This document shows, in pieces, positions 7,365-14,750 of a DNA stretch of 15,937 bases (its first letter is position 1; each line of letters starts with the position of its first letter). This stretch comes from a virus (Duplodnaviria; Heunggongvirae; Uroviricota; Caudoviricetes), in the IMG/VR virus record IMGVR_UViG_2737471841_000003. One strand, written 5' to 3'. The translations under genes were made by a program, and so were the position numbers. The notes under the pieces were generated by a model. It was not told where the DNA came from and made no database searches. It saw only the letters and a list, made by a program, of their open reading frames with translations.

Positions 7365-7916
7365 ATGAAAACTATCAAAACTATCGCCGCTGTGGTCCTG
7401 GCAATGTTTGTGGGCAATGCTAATGCCGCCCTGGTGATCACAGACCAAGACATTGAAGACCACATGGAGACAATGGAGGTTTACTACCAGGCTGAGGATA
7501 TTGATTGTGAGATCTGGAGCAAGATGTTCACGAAAGGGGTAATTGAAGGTAACGACAAGTTCAGGCACGGTATCCGTGTTCACAAAGACCTCACAATTGT
7601 TGCCATGAAAGCTAAATCGGAGTTCTACAACAAATACGCAGGGGAGGTTGTCAAATCTGGCGCAAGTAAAGGATACAGCAAGGAGAGAGTAGATCAGATT
7701 AGAGATGTTTACATCGGTGCTTACATCGGTGCGGCCGAGATGAAATCTCGCGTAAACAGCAAGTTCGGCAAAGCCGCTGATCTTAACTCTGTAGCTAAAA
7801 AGAGAGCAGAAGCCGATCATTGGTTCAATTTCTGTGTGAAAGTGAAAGAAGAATATCCGGTCGTATTGTTCAACGAGTGGTTAGCTATAGCACAGCTGGC
7901 AGAAGATGATTTTTAA
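7365..7916 (+). CDS. Secreted (periplasmic) protein with Sec signal peptide, 183 aa
   Basis: Start moved to ATG 7365 (GAGGTG SD at 7353-7358). N-terminus MKTIKTIAAVVLAMFVGNANA/AL has n-, h- and c-regions with a predicted cleavage after ANA. There is no Cys at +1, so it is not a lipoprotein. The track start at 7275 lacks an SD. Confidence 0.6.
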   Translation: MKTIKTIAAVVLAMFVGNANAALVITDQDIEDHMETMEVYYQAEDIDCEIWSKMFTKGVIEGNDKFRHGIRVHKDLTIVAMKAKSEFYNKYAGEVVKSGASKGYSKERVDQIRDVYIGAYIGAAEMKSRVNSKFGKAADLNSVAKKRAEADHWFNFCVKVKEEYPVVLFNEWLAIAQLAEDDF

Positions 7917-7946
7917 CCGGGGACGATCATCGACTCAAAAAAGTGA

Positions 7947-7975
7947 TTGACAACGGAGGTGAGATCCGGTATAGT
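7947..7975 (+). promoter_or_regulatory. Near-consensus sigma70 promoter (TTGACA, 17-bp spacer, TATAGT)
   Basis: TTGACA at 7947-7952, TATAGT at 7970-7975, upstream of the 8011 gene. Confidence 0.5.
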
Positions 7976-8010
7976 TCACCACATAGAGAAGAGATACGGA
8001 GGGCAGCAAG

Positions 8011-8391
8011 ATGAAAACTTTCAATTGGGTTAAACCACAGATGTTACGTCGCGCCAATAACCACGGTGAGGGTGTACGCCACCACAACGACGCACCTGCA
8101 CCGGACATGAAGAAGGCACGCAAAGTGATCAATCTTCGTCAGGACGCGGCTATCGCTCGCAACCTGAAAGCAGAAGCGAAAAACCGTAACCCGTTGGAGG
8201 CAATTCTTGTTGCCCTGGTCAATGACCATGCAGCTCATTTCCGTCATTTCAATGGCATCAACCAGTACCAGATGGCAGAAGCCAACCGTAAAGAAGAAGA
8301 GCGGATCCTGGCTGGACTGGTACACGTTGAGATTGAACCTGAACCGGAACCGGAGGAAATTCATTGGGACCTCTGGAAAATGGCAGCTTAG
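8011..8391 (+). CDS. Hypothetical early protein (126 aa)
   Basis: ATG at 8011 with GGAGGG SD at 7998-8003. Contains a PEPEPE stretch. Function unknown. Confidence 0.6.
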   Translation: MKTFNWVKPQMLRRANNHGEGVRHHNDAPAPDMKKARKVINLRQDAAIARNLKAEAKNRNPLEAILVALVNDHAAHFRHFNGINQYQMAEANRKEEERILAGLVHVEIEPEPEPEEIHWDLWKMAA

Positions 8392-8452
8392 TCCACAGAG
8401 TGGATTTCACAGAGTGAAACCTGATAACAGGCAGCTTGAGGAGGCTTGAATC

Positions 8453-8917
8453 ATGAAAATTTTCAGTATTGAACATTACGAAGACAAAATTGAAGAGCTG
8501 GAAAGACTGGCTGAGATTGCAGATTATCGCGCGGGGTACGCCGCTGGACTTGCGGAAGTTCGGGAAAAAATACTTAAAAAATTCCACAGCTTGTACTATG
8601 TCCTGGCGGTTGCTGAGCAAGAACAAGATGAGGAGCTGTACGAGTACACGTCGTGCCGTATCCTGGAAATGGCGGGTGTGTACGGCATAATCAAGGCGGG
8701 AGAGGTGATCTCAGACGAAGAGATTGCGAAGAGACTTCGTAAACGCATCGAAAACGCATACTTTGAAGCGATCTACTATACGAAAAAAAGCACGGAGCTG
8801 TATAAACGCATAACTGCGGCGACGAAAGTTGTCACTCAGCTACAGAAAGTAAAAATCTTCAAACTGAAAGCGGCGTTGGCTATCGGTAAAATGTTTTTCC
8901 CACATCGTTTCAATTGA
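8453..8917 (+). CDS. Hypothetical early protein (154 aa)
   Basis: ATG at 8453 with GAGGAGG SD. Function unknown. Confidence 0.65.
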   Translation: MKIFSIEHYEDKIEELERLAEIADYRAGYAAGLAEVREKILKKFHSLYYVLAVAEQEQDEELYEYTSCRILEMAGVYGIIKAGEVISDEEIAKRLRKRIENAYFEAIYYTKKSTELYKRITAATKVVTQLQKVKIFKLKAALAIGKMFFPHRFN

Positions 8918-8945
8918 TTAAATAATAAACAGAGGAGACTGTAAA

Positions 8946-9314
8946 ATGAGTTACGAAAACTGCTGTTTCTGTGTGGAAGATGTGCCGCCAGTCATTCTGG
9001 AGCGTCACGGTGTGAAAACGTATCTGCCGATGATTCTGATGTTCGAGCATTTCCTCGATCATGGTGATGACGGTTTTTATGTCGGTTATAGTGAGGACGA
9101 TTTCCCTCCTGACTTGCTGAAAGAGTTGGAAGAAAAAGGCATCATTGAAGTATTTGATCAAACTGACGTGGATAATGGTGTGTGGGTAAGGGTTAAAAAA
9201 GAGATTCACATTGAACGTCTGCAACTTGCGGCAGAAGTCCAGGGCCTTGAGATTCTCGACATGAGCGACTACCTCAAACAACTGGACGAAGCATACAAGG
9301 CGCACGATTTATAG
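8946..9314 (+). CDS. Hypothetical acidic early protein (122 aa)
   Basis: ATG at 8946 with AGAGGAG SD. Tightly spaced after the preceding gene. D/E-rich. Confidence 0.65.
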   Translation: MSYENCCFCVEDVPPVILERHGVKTYLPMILMFEHFLDHGDDGFYVGYSEDDFPPDLLKELEEKGIIEVFDQTDVDNGVWVRVKKEIHIERLQLAAEVQGLEILDMSDYLKQLDEAYKAHDL

Positions 9315-9327
9315 GGGAGACACACAG

Positions 9328-9642
9328 ATGAATAAAGACGTGATTGAACTGCTGGAACAACTGAACAAGGCCGCTGAGTATATCCTGGCCGATGTGAAGG
9401 TCCTGGATGGTCACTTGTTGCTGGCGAGCAAGTCAGCCACACAGGAAGGAAGGGACAGGGCTGTCGAGCTATACGTTCAGGATGCTGCACATCTTATAAA
9501 CAAATGGTTGCCTGATGTGGGTGTCGAGGTGACAAACTACGCAGAAGCAACGGCGGCGCATATGGTGCTGATGCATCTGGCAATTGATAGTTACCGTAGT
9601 AACATGTTAGCAATGCTGGACTTCATGAAGGCTAAAAATTAA
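9328..9642 (+). CDS. Hypothetical early protein (104 aa)
   Basis: ATG at 9328 with GGGGAG SD, 14 nt after the preceding stop. Confidence 0.6.
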   Translation: MNKDVIELLEQLNKAAEYILADVKVLDGHLLLASKSATQEGRDRAVELYVQDAAHLINKWLPDVGVEVTNYAEATAAHMVLMHLAIDSYRSNMLAMLDFMKAKN

Positions 9643-9704
9643 TCGTACTCGATCAATAGTTCAATTTTACTTATGAATTGTGGAGAGCATAAGAGGTTCC
9701 AACA

Positions 9705-10226
9705 ATGAAAACTGAACTCAAACATGAAATTCTAAACGCTTTTAACAACCGTATCGAGGCCATAGTGGATGGTCAACCTGGCGGGATGTTCTTTGTGGAG
9801 GAAGCCATAGAGCTGGCTAAAGCGGAGGAAGCAGTAGAGAGAATACTCAACATCCCACACAGTGATCAATGTCTGGTAGATAGGTATCTATACGGCTTCA
9901 TGCGACTGGTCCGGCATTATTGCGAGGTGCCTGTGGACCATCATTTTATCAGTATGATCTACGCCGATGCTTCTGACTTCTTCTACAGGCTAGATCACAG
10001 AATAGACGAAATGATTGTTGTGTTACTGGCGGGATCTGATGACGAAAGGTTGTTAGACGTAGAACCTGATGAACTGGTGAAAAAACTTATTGAGCGTGTT
10101 TATCGGGAAATGGAGGCAGACGTAGAGGCAGCGGGTGAAGATGGAAGAATGCGGCAGAAGCTGGAGGCCGCGTATAAGGCCAGGCCGAAGGATGATGATG
10201 ACGATACGGAAGGAATCCCATTCTGA
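9705..10226 (+). CDS. Acidic early protein (173 aa) with an SSB-like C-terminal tail (...KDDDDDTEGIPF)
   Basis: ATG at 9705 with AAGAGG SD. Strongly acidic overall. The C-terminal codons were checked directly: GAC GAT ACG GAA GGA ATC CCA TTC TGA. Confidence 0.65.
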   Translation: MKTELKHEILNAFNNRIEAIVDGQPGGMFFVEEAIELAKAEEAVERILNIPHSDQCLVDRYLYGFMRLVRHYCEVPVDHHFISMIYADASDFFYRLDHRIDEMIVVLLAGSDDERLLDVEPDELVKKLIERVYREMEADVEAAGEDGRMRQKLEAAYKARPKDDDDDTEGIPF

Positions 10227-10277
10227 GCTATTGGGGCCGTCACTGGCCCCGCTTACCAACTAATCGGAGAGCATAAG

Positions 10278-10553
10278 ATGAAACTCAAACTTATCGAAAG
10301 TCAGCTGAACATGTTCTTTAAGATGGCAAGTGTGATCATTGTGGACGGTGAACAATTCGCGGGTCCAGTGCCACACAGTAGCATCGTTTTAGATATCAAC
10401 AGAGAGGCCCTTAAATGCGTTGTGGAGGCCGTATTTAATCAGGATGTAAAAGTGTATAGGCTTATGGAGTTTGAGCTACAGGAGCGCGATTTACGCATCA
10501 TAGAGCGACATTTGAAGGCTGAGCAAGCCGCAGAAGAGTTGAACCTGGATTAA
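10278..10553 (+). CDS. Hypothetical early protein (91 aa)
   Basis: ATG at 10278 with GGAGAG SD. Confidence 0.6.
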   Translation: MKLKLIESQLNMFFKMASVIIVDGEQFAGPVPHSSIVLDINREALKCVVEAVFNQDVKVYRLMEFELQERDLRIIERHLKAEQAAEELNLD

Positions 10554-10662
10554 GGGGGTGTATACCCCGAACATTGTGAGAGGTGTGAGATGGCTAAACA
10601 AATACTTTCAATTGTTCCACTGTGGAAACTGAATCATAAATTCGTAAAAAAATGGTAAACCA

Positions 10663-11013
10663 GTGCTGTTTACATACCTTGATGCGCTGGTCTTCGGTTA
10701 CATAGCACGAGCTAACTATGGGGGCAAGTGGTTCAACTTCGTAATGAAGAATGCAATCTACGACCTCTATACAAGCGAGAAGGAGATAACGCACAGCGTT
10801 GAAAAACTGGTTATGTTAAGACTTATCAAAATAATGCCGGGTGAAAGTTTGCCTAACTGCCACATGGTGGCGCAAGTCACTCATAAGGAATTGGAAGACA
10901 CGATCAATAGGTATATCGAGCGTGAAAGAATGTCTTGCGCGATGATCGACCTTGATGAAGAGAGGAGGAAACAATTCCAGGGTAATGATGAATGGGAAGA
11001 TTGTCCTTTTTAA
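10663..11013 (+). CDS. Hypothetical protein (116 aa from a GTG start; start uncertain), C-terminus ...NDEWEDCPF
   Basis: The ORF is open from 10648. The first start codon is GTG at 10663 with no clear SD; an alternative ATG at 10744 has a weak SD. It is preceded by a 22-codon uORF (10590-10658, SD GAGAGGTG) that ends in an A7 run. Confidence 0.45.
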   Translation: MLFTYLDALVFGYIARANYGGKWFNFVMKNAIYDLYTSEKEITHSVEKLVMLRLIKIMPGESLPNCHMVAQVTHKELEDTINRYIERERMSCAMIDLDEERRKQFQGNDEWEDCPF

Positions 11014-11030
11014 TGTAGGGGGGTGGCAAA

Positions 11031-12008
11031 ATGACTACAGAAGTGATGATCCAGATTTTCGAATCTGATTTAAATAATGATGGTAACTTAGTCCCGGTTG
11101 TTAACGCCCGTGAGTTTTACGAAGCGCTTGGGATGCGAAAAGATTATGGAAATTGGATCAGGTGGCATCTTCGGAAATTTGAAAAAAATCGGGACTTTAT
11201 TACTTTTATCGATAAGTCGGGAGAACATCCGCGTCATAACTATTTTATCACTTTGGACACTGCAAAGCACATATGCAGGGTGAGCCAACGCCAGGAAGGT
11301 GAGCAGTTGCTACAGTATTTAATTAAAGTTGAAAAAAGATACCGTTTAGTACTGGACCCACAACCACAGATTCCTGTTTACACACAGTCACAGATTCCTG
11401 TTTACACACAGTCACAGATTCCTGTTTACACACAGACGGAACCTGAACCGTTGCCAGGAACACCGGAACATTTTGCCCGTGCATTTACGGAGGCTTACCA
11501 ACAGATATACGGGGCAACAGATCAGCAGCCAGTCATTGAGCACAATACGGAACCTGTGGTTCCTTGTTGGGGAGCTGGGTCTAATCAGAGCCTCGAGGTC
11601 CAGGATGTGCAGGAAGTACGACCGCCAGCACCTGTGCTGGGGTATTACAATCCTTGCCCGGACAACAAAATCAACATGAAAGGCTTAAAAGAATACCTGA
11701 GCAATGAACGCCTGATCAAGTACCTCATTAAAAAATTCAACATTGAAAATGAGATTTATGATTATGGTTACATAAATGTGAAAGGGAAAGCTGAGTCGGA
11801 GATTGTGTACGATAAACGTAAAACGCTGGCGATCTTACATGCCGCTTACGCTTTGAGTACTAGAGTAAACGCCACACAGAGAGAGTTTATGGGGATAGTA
11901 TTCACGATGTACAGGGTGTTAAGAGACACACATTATGATAAGGACATGTACGATACAGCTTACACTCTTCTTGAAGAGGATATAAACAAATTGTATAAAA
12001 TTGATTGA
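11031..12008 (+). CDS. Antirepressor-like protein with N-terminal AntA-type domain (325 aa)
   Basis: ATG at 11031 with a G-rich SD. The N-terminus (VVNAREFYEALGMRKDYGNWIRWHLRKFEKNRDFITF...YFITLDTAKHI) matches the AntA/AntB antirepressor N-terminal pattern as I remember it. Contains a triplicated QIPVYTQS repeat. Confidence 0.65.
   Translation: MTTEVMIQIFESDLNNDGNLVPVVNAREFYEALGMRKDYGNWIRWHLRKFEKNRDFITFIDKSGEHPRHNYFITLDTAKHICRVSQRQEGEQLLQYLIKVEKRYRLVLDPQPQIPVYTQSQIPVYTQSQIPVYTQTEPEPLPGTPEHFARAFTEAYQQIYGATDQQPVIEHNTEPVVPCWGAGSNQSLEVQDVQEVRPPAPVLGYYNPCPDNKINMKGLKEYLSNERLIKYLIKKFNIENEIYDYGYINVKGKAESEIVYDKRKTLAILHAAYALSTRVNATQREFMGIVFTMYRVLRDTHYDKDMYDTAYTLLEEDINKLYKID
11367..11438 (+). repeat. 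Three tandem 24-bp direct repeats (CAGATTCCTGTTTACACACAGTCA) inside the antirepressor-like gene
   Basis: Units at 11367-11390, 11391-11414 and 11415-11438; the third differs in its last bases. In frame, encoding QIPVYTQS x3. Confidence 0.9.
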
Positions 12009-12086
12009 GCATCTATACTCGATCACAACTCAACAATAAAGACGGAGAGTCGAGAGCATGACTCTCCTCAACCCCGGAGGCCCAAC

Positions 12087-12362
12087 ATGTATTACTACGA
12101 TTGCAAAGACCCGATTCTGGCTGAACGTAACCGCCTGGCTAATGAGATCGCCCAACAGGCAAAAGAGAAAAAAGCCCAACAGCGTATGGAGCTTGGAAAA
12201 GAGATTTACAGACTCCACACAGACGGCTACACAATGGAATGTATAGCCAAAAAGCTGGGAATGTCTGAACCAACAGCCTACAGACTGCAACGGGCATATC
12301 TGAAAGCTAACCCGCACCTCAAAGTGTTCTCGGGGCGTGTTGCGGCACGGGGTCGTAGTTAA
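12087..12362 (+). CDS. Small HTH DNA-binding protein (91 aa), resolvase/sigma-region-4-like HTH
   Basis: ATG at 12087 with GGAGG SD (12076-12080). The segment GYTMECIAKKLGMSEPTAYRLQRAY is HTH-like. Its stop lies 10 nt before the first operator-like palindrome. Confidence 0.6.
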   Translation: MYYYDCKDPILAERNRLANEIAQQAKEKKAQQRMELGKEIYRLHTDGYTMECIAKKLGMSEPTAYRLQRAYLKANPHLKVFSGRVAARGRS

Positions 12363-12371
12363 CACACACTA

Positions 12372-12408
12372 GGGACAAAATGTCCTACCTACCCGGGACA
12401 AAATGTCC
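12372..12408. promoter_or_regulatory. Two copies of a 14-bp palindromic operator-like site, GGGACAAAATGTCC, 23 bp centre to centre
   Basis: Exact copies at 12372-12385 and 12395-12408. Each is a dyad (GGACA-N3-TGTCC). Confidence 0.5.
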
Positions 12409-12409
12409 A

Positions 12410-12419
12410 CCCCCCCCCC
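12410..12419. repeat. Homopolymeric C10 tract
   Basis: Ten consecutive C at 12410-12419, directly after the second operator copy. Confidence 0.9.
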
Positions 12420-12449
12420 GGCAATATGTGATTCCCGGAAGACACATGT

Positions 12450-12486
12450 TTGTACAAATTGTAGTCACTGATTGTACAGATTGTAG
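12450..12486. repeat. Two direct repeats TTGTACA(A/G)ATTGTAG spaced 22 bp
   Basis: 12450-12464 and 12472-12486. Each has a TGTACA palindromic core. Confidence 0.6.
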
Positions 12487-12490
12487 CACT

Positions 12491-12573
12491 ATACCGGTTT
12501 TCCGATAGAGCTATACCGGATTTCCGGTAGAGGTATACCGCTTTTCCGGTATAGGTATACCGGATTTCCGGTA
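12491..12573. repeat. Iteron array: four 17-bp dyad-symmetric sites (ATACCGG-N-TTTCCGGTA) at exactly 22-bp spacing; putative replication origin or partition/regulator binding array
   Basis: Sites at 12491-12507, 12513-12529, 12535-12551 and 12557-12573. Arms TACCGGA and TCCGGTA are reverse complements. Followed by an AT-rich stretch (12574-12622), the same layout as the lambda origin (four dyad iterons plus an AT-rich region). Confidence 0.6.
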
Positions 12574-12622
12574 ACTATTAGATCAATCTATTACATCAAG
12601 AAAAAAGATCACTTATTATATT

Positions 12623-12645
12623 AAGGGCCTTGCCCTTTTTGTTGT
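12623..12645 (+). terminator. Terminator-like hairpin (AAGGGC, loop CTT, GCCCTT, then TTTGTTG)
   Basis: 6-bp GC-rich stem with a 3-nt loop, then a T-run, at the end of the AT-rich region. It would terminate read-through from the 12087 gene across the iterons. Confidence 0.35.
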
Positions 12646-13845
12646 GGGATTGATTGGTGGGATTGATCTTACTGATAGTATAATACTCCACCAATCAACC
12701 CTAAGTTGTGGGAGAGTACGGAGCAGACTGCGACTACAGAGCAGGCTGAGAAGTACTCAATGGGTGTAAGGGATTAAGGGACCCACACACATTTCCACAC
12801 ACAGAGTAAAGCCAGAGGCTTTATGAAGTGTAAGAGTAATGCCTAAAGAGTCGAAGCACACTTTAGGCTATATTGTGTGGGAGGTATCTGTACATAGTAC
12901 AGAGTACTCCCCATTATGTGGGGGCAATCCTGCCCGTAAGGGCAGCTCATGTGATTCGCAGCCGTAAGCTGAACTGCGACGAAGAAGGCTGCAAAGGTTC
13001 TCGGCCCGGTTACAATTACGCAACAATTTTATAATCTATCGTTAACCTATACCACTATCACAATTTCTATAGTTGAGTCCTACTATCCCCTACACCATAA
13101 AATCAATTTTAAGCCACACTCAGCCTACGGCTTCACGGTAAAACGTGTTTTAACCCACATAATGGCCCCTGTAGTGAGCTAAATGGTATACACCGCTATA
13201 ATTGGGTTACTTATGAGATAACCTCGTTAGAATCGATTCTAGAGCGTTTTAGAGCTTGAAATCCATCCTGCAAACTGCAAGATGATGATTCTATCGGGGA
13301 AGAATTTTTTTCCTTCCCGTAAGTCGTACCGTAGAGCAGATTTGCTTTACGAGCTTTCTCACACCTCAGGCCTCTGGCCTTCATGGAGTATCGGAGATAC
13401 GACTCACCGCATATACTCTGTTTTCAGTGCTACCCTGATCGCATCCGACCCTTTTCAGAGGCACTTTTAACCGCATTCTGGCACGCTACAACAGCAAGAA
13501 ATAGGCTGATTCTACTGATTTTACCTTACAATACAGGTACATAGCAGAAGGGCAGGAATATACTGTGAGAATGGTTGCTAGACCGGGCCTTCTTCTCTCT
13601 GTGTGTGCATTCTGAAACCGTTATGTAGTCGAGTATATAACGACTGGTCAGACCAGTGCAGGGCTGAAAATGATGATCGGTCACCACAATTATGGGCAAA
13701 TTACTGTACATTCATACAGTAGTTATACATAAAGAATATGCATCGATTGCTCTTTAGGCACAGATGTTATAATGTAACAATTAATTTAGTTTACCTCGGT
13801 AATCACTGTGTGGACATGTCACGCAACTAAACTAAATCCGAAGAG

Positions 13846-13854
13846 TTATCCACA
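13846..13854 (+). promoter_or_regulatory. Consensus DnaA box TTATCCACA
   Basis: Exact 9-mer match to the R-type DnaA box, single copy. Nearby are an 8-bp palindrome GACATGTC (13812-13819) and a 10-bp inverted repeat, ATTTAGTTTA (13783-13792) with TAAACTAAAT (13827-13836). Confidence 0.3.
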
Positions 13855-14687
13855 GATTGGGGGTAAATCATCAACATAGTCTGTAGCCTCTGACAGAGAG
13901 CAAAAAGAAAGGCCTTTTATGTGATCAATATCACGTTTCTGGGGTAGTTCTGGAGGCTTAGGTGCGGGGAAGTAGTGCGTACTGACACCAGAGGCCGCAT
14001 AAAACAAGGGGATTTAACATAATGGATCTTGTATACACCACACCTCACCACGTTGAAATCTGATCTTACTTTGAGGCTATCTGCCAACAGAATCCGCGTA
14101 CATGCACCATAACCTGTATGTGGGATGCAATAATAAAGGCCCTGGCGGCCCACAGGCCGCATGAATACTGGGCTTGTCATAGATATGGGCCTGTATCGCT
14201 ATGTAGATGCGGGATGACCTGTAAGGGTGTGGCAGGTGGCAGGGGCTGGAGGGCACGGTACAGCACAGCTAATGGGTGAGGCCCCAGATATTTGAGAATC
14301 ACTCTCACCTGAGAATAATTATCAGTAACTCCTGCCTAGTACCACCCCTGTAGGTAAGGTTGATCATTGCCCACATTGCTGGTATACTTTATCTGTGGGA
14401 AAGTAACGCCGTTACTTCCGCGAACGCTGTGCGTGATGTGTGGGAGAATGTGCCTGCGTAATAAAAAAATTGAAAATTACTCATCTGTCAACATTTCAAT
14501 GACGTATGTCAATCATTTATGCTATGTGTTTACTTTATAATCAATCACTTACGAATTTAATGAAATAAATGCATTTAAATAGGGTGAAACTCAAATCTAA
14601 CCCCTGAAACTGTGTTGATAAAGGGGCGTGAAGCCCGGCGTAGGTAACTCGTTACCCGCCAGTGTTATTGATAATTCTCATTTACGT

Positions 14688-14716
14688 TTGACAATGCAAT
14701 CCCAATGGTGTATAAT
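14688..14716 (+). promoter_or_regulatory. Perfect consensus sigma70 promoter (TTGACA, 17-bp spacer, TATAAT)
   Basis: TTGACA at 14688-14693 and TATAAT at 14711-14716, in an AT-rich upstream context. Confidence 0.6.
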
Positions 14717-14750
14717 AGACTATAAGGGGTAAGATAGAATCTTTACTCAA

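Noticed and set aside
7332-8626. Track ORFs 7332..7820(-), 7935..8132(-), 8044..8364(-), 8207..8449(+) and 8258..8626(-)
   Set aside because: All overlap better-supported + strand genes, in antisense or an alternative frame, without SDs.
8469-9490. Track ORFs 8469..8690(+), 8910..9305(-) and 9269..9490(-)
   Set aside because: Alternative-frame or antisense overlaps of SD-supported genes.
11367-11438. CRISPR array
   Set aside because: The only tandem repeats are three adjacent 24-bp units with no spacers, in frame inside a gene. The iterons (12491-12573) are 17-bp sites with 5-bp gaps. Neither is a repeat-spacer array.
10053-11679. Track ORFs 10053..10259(-), 10594..10794(-), 11088..11288(-), 11098..11283(+) and 11473..11679(+)
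   Set aside because: Overlapping or antisense to supported genes, with no SD.
12030-12365. Track ORFs 12030..12365(-) and 12058..12246(+)
   Set aside because: They overlap the SD-supported 91-aa HTH gene in other frames.
12663-12684. Promoter using TATAAT at 12679-12684
   Set aside because: No -35-like hexamer lies at 16-18 bp spacing (TTGATC is only 10 bp away). The TATAAT sits in the loop of a large inverted repeat and is more likely part of a binding site.
13282-14180. Track ORFs 13282..13470(+), 13526..13711(-) and 13917..14180(-) in the ORF-free region
   Set aside because: None has a plausible SD or promoter, and their lengths are at the chance level for 2.6 kb. The region is treated as non-coding; proteomics could overturn this.
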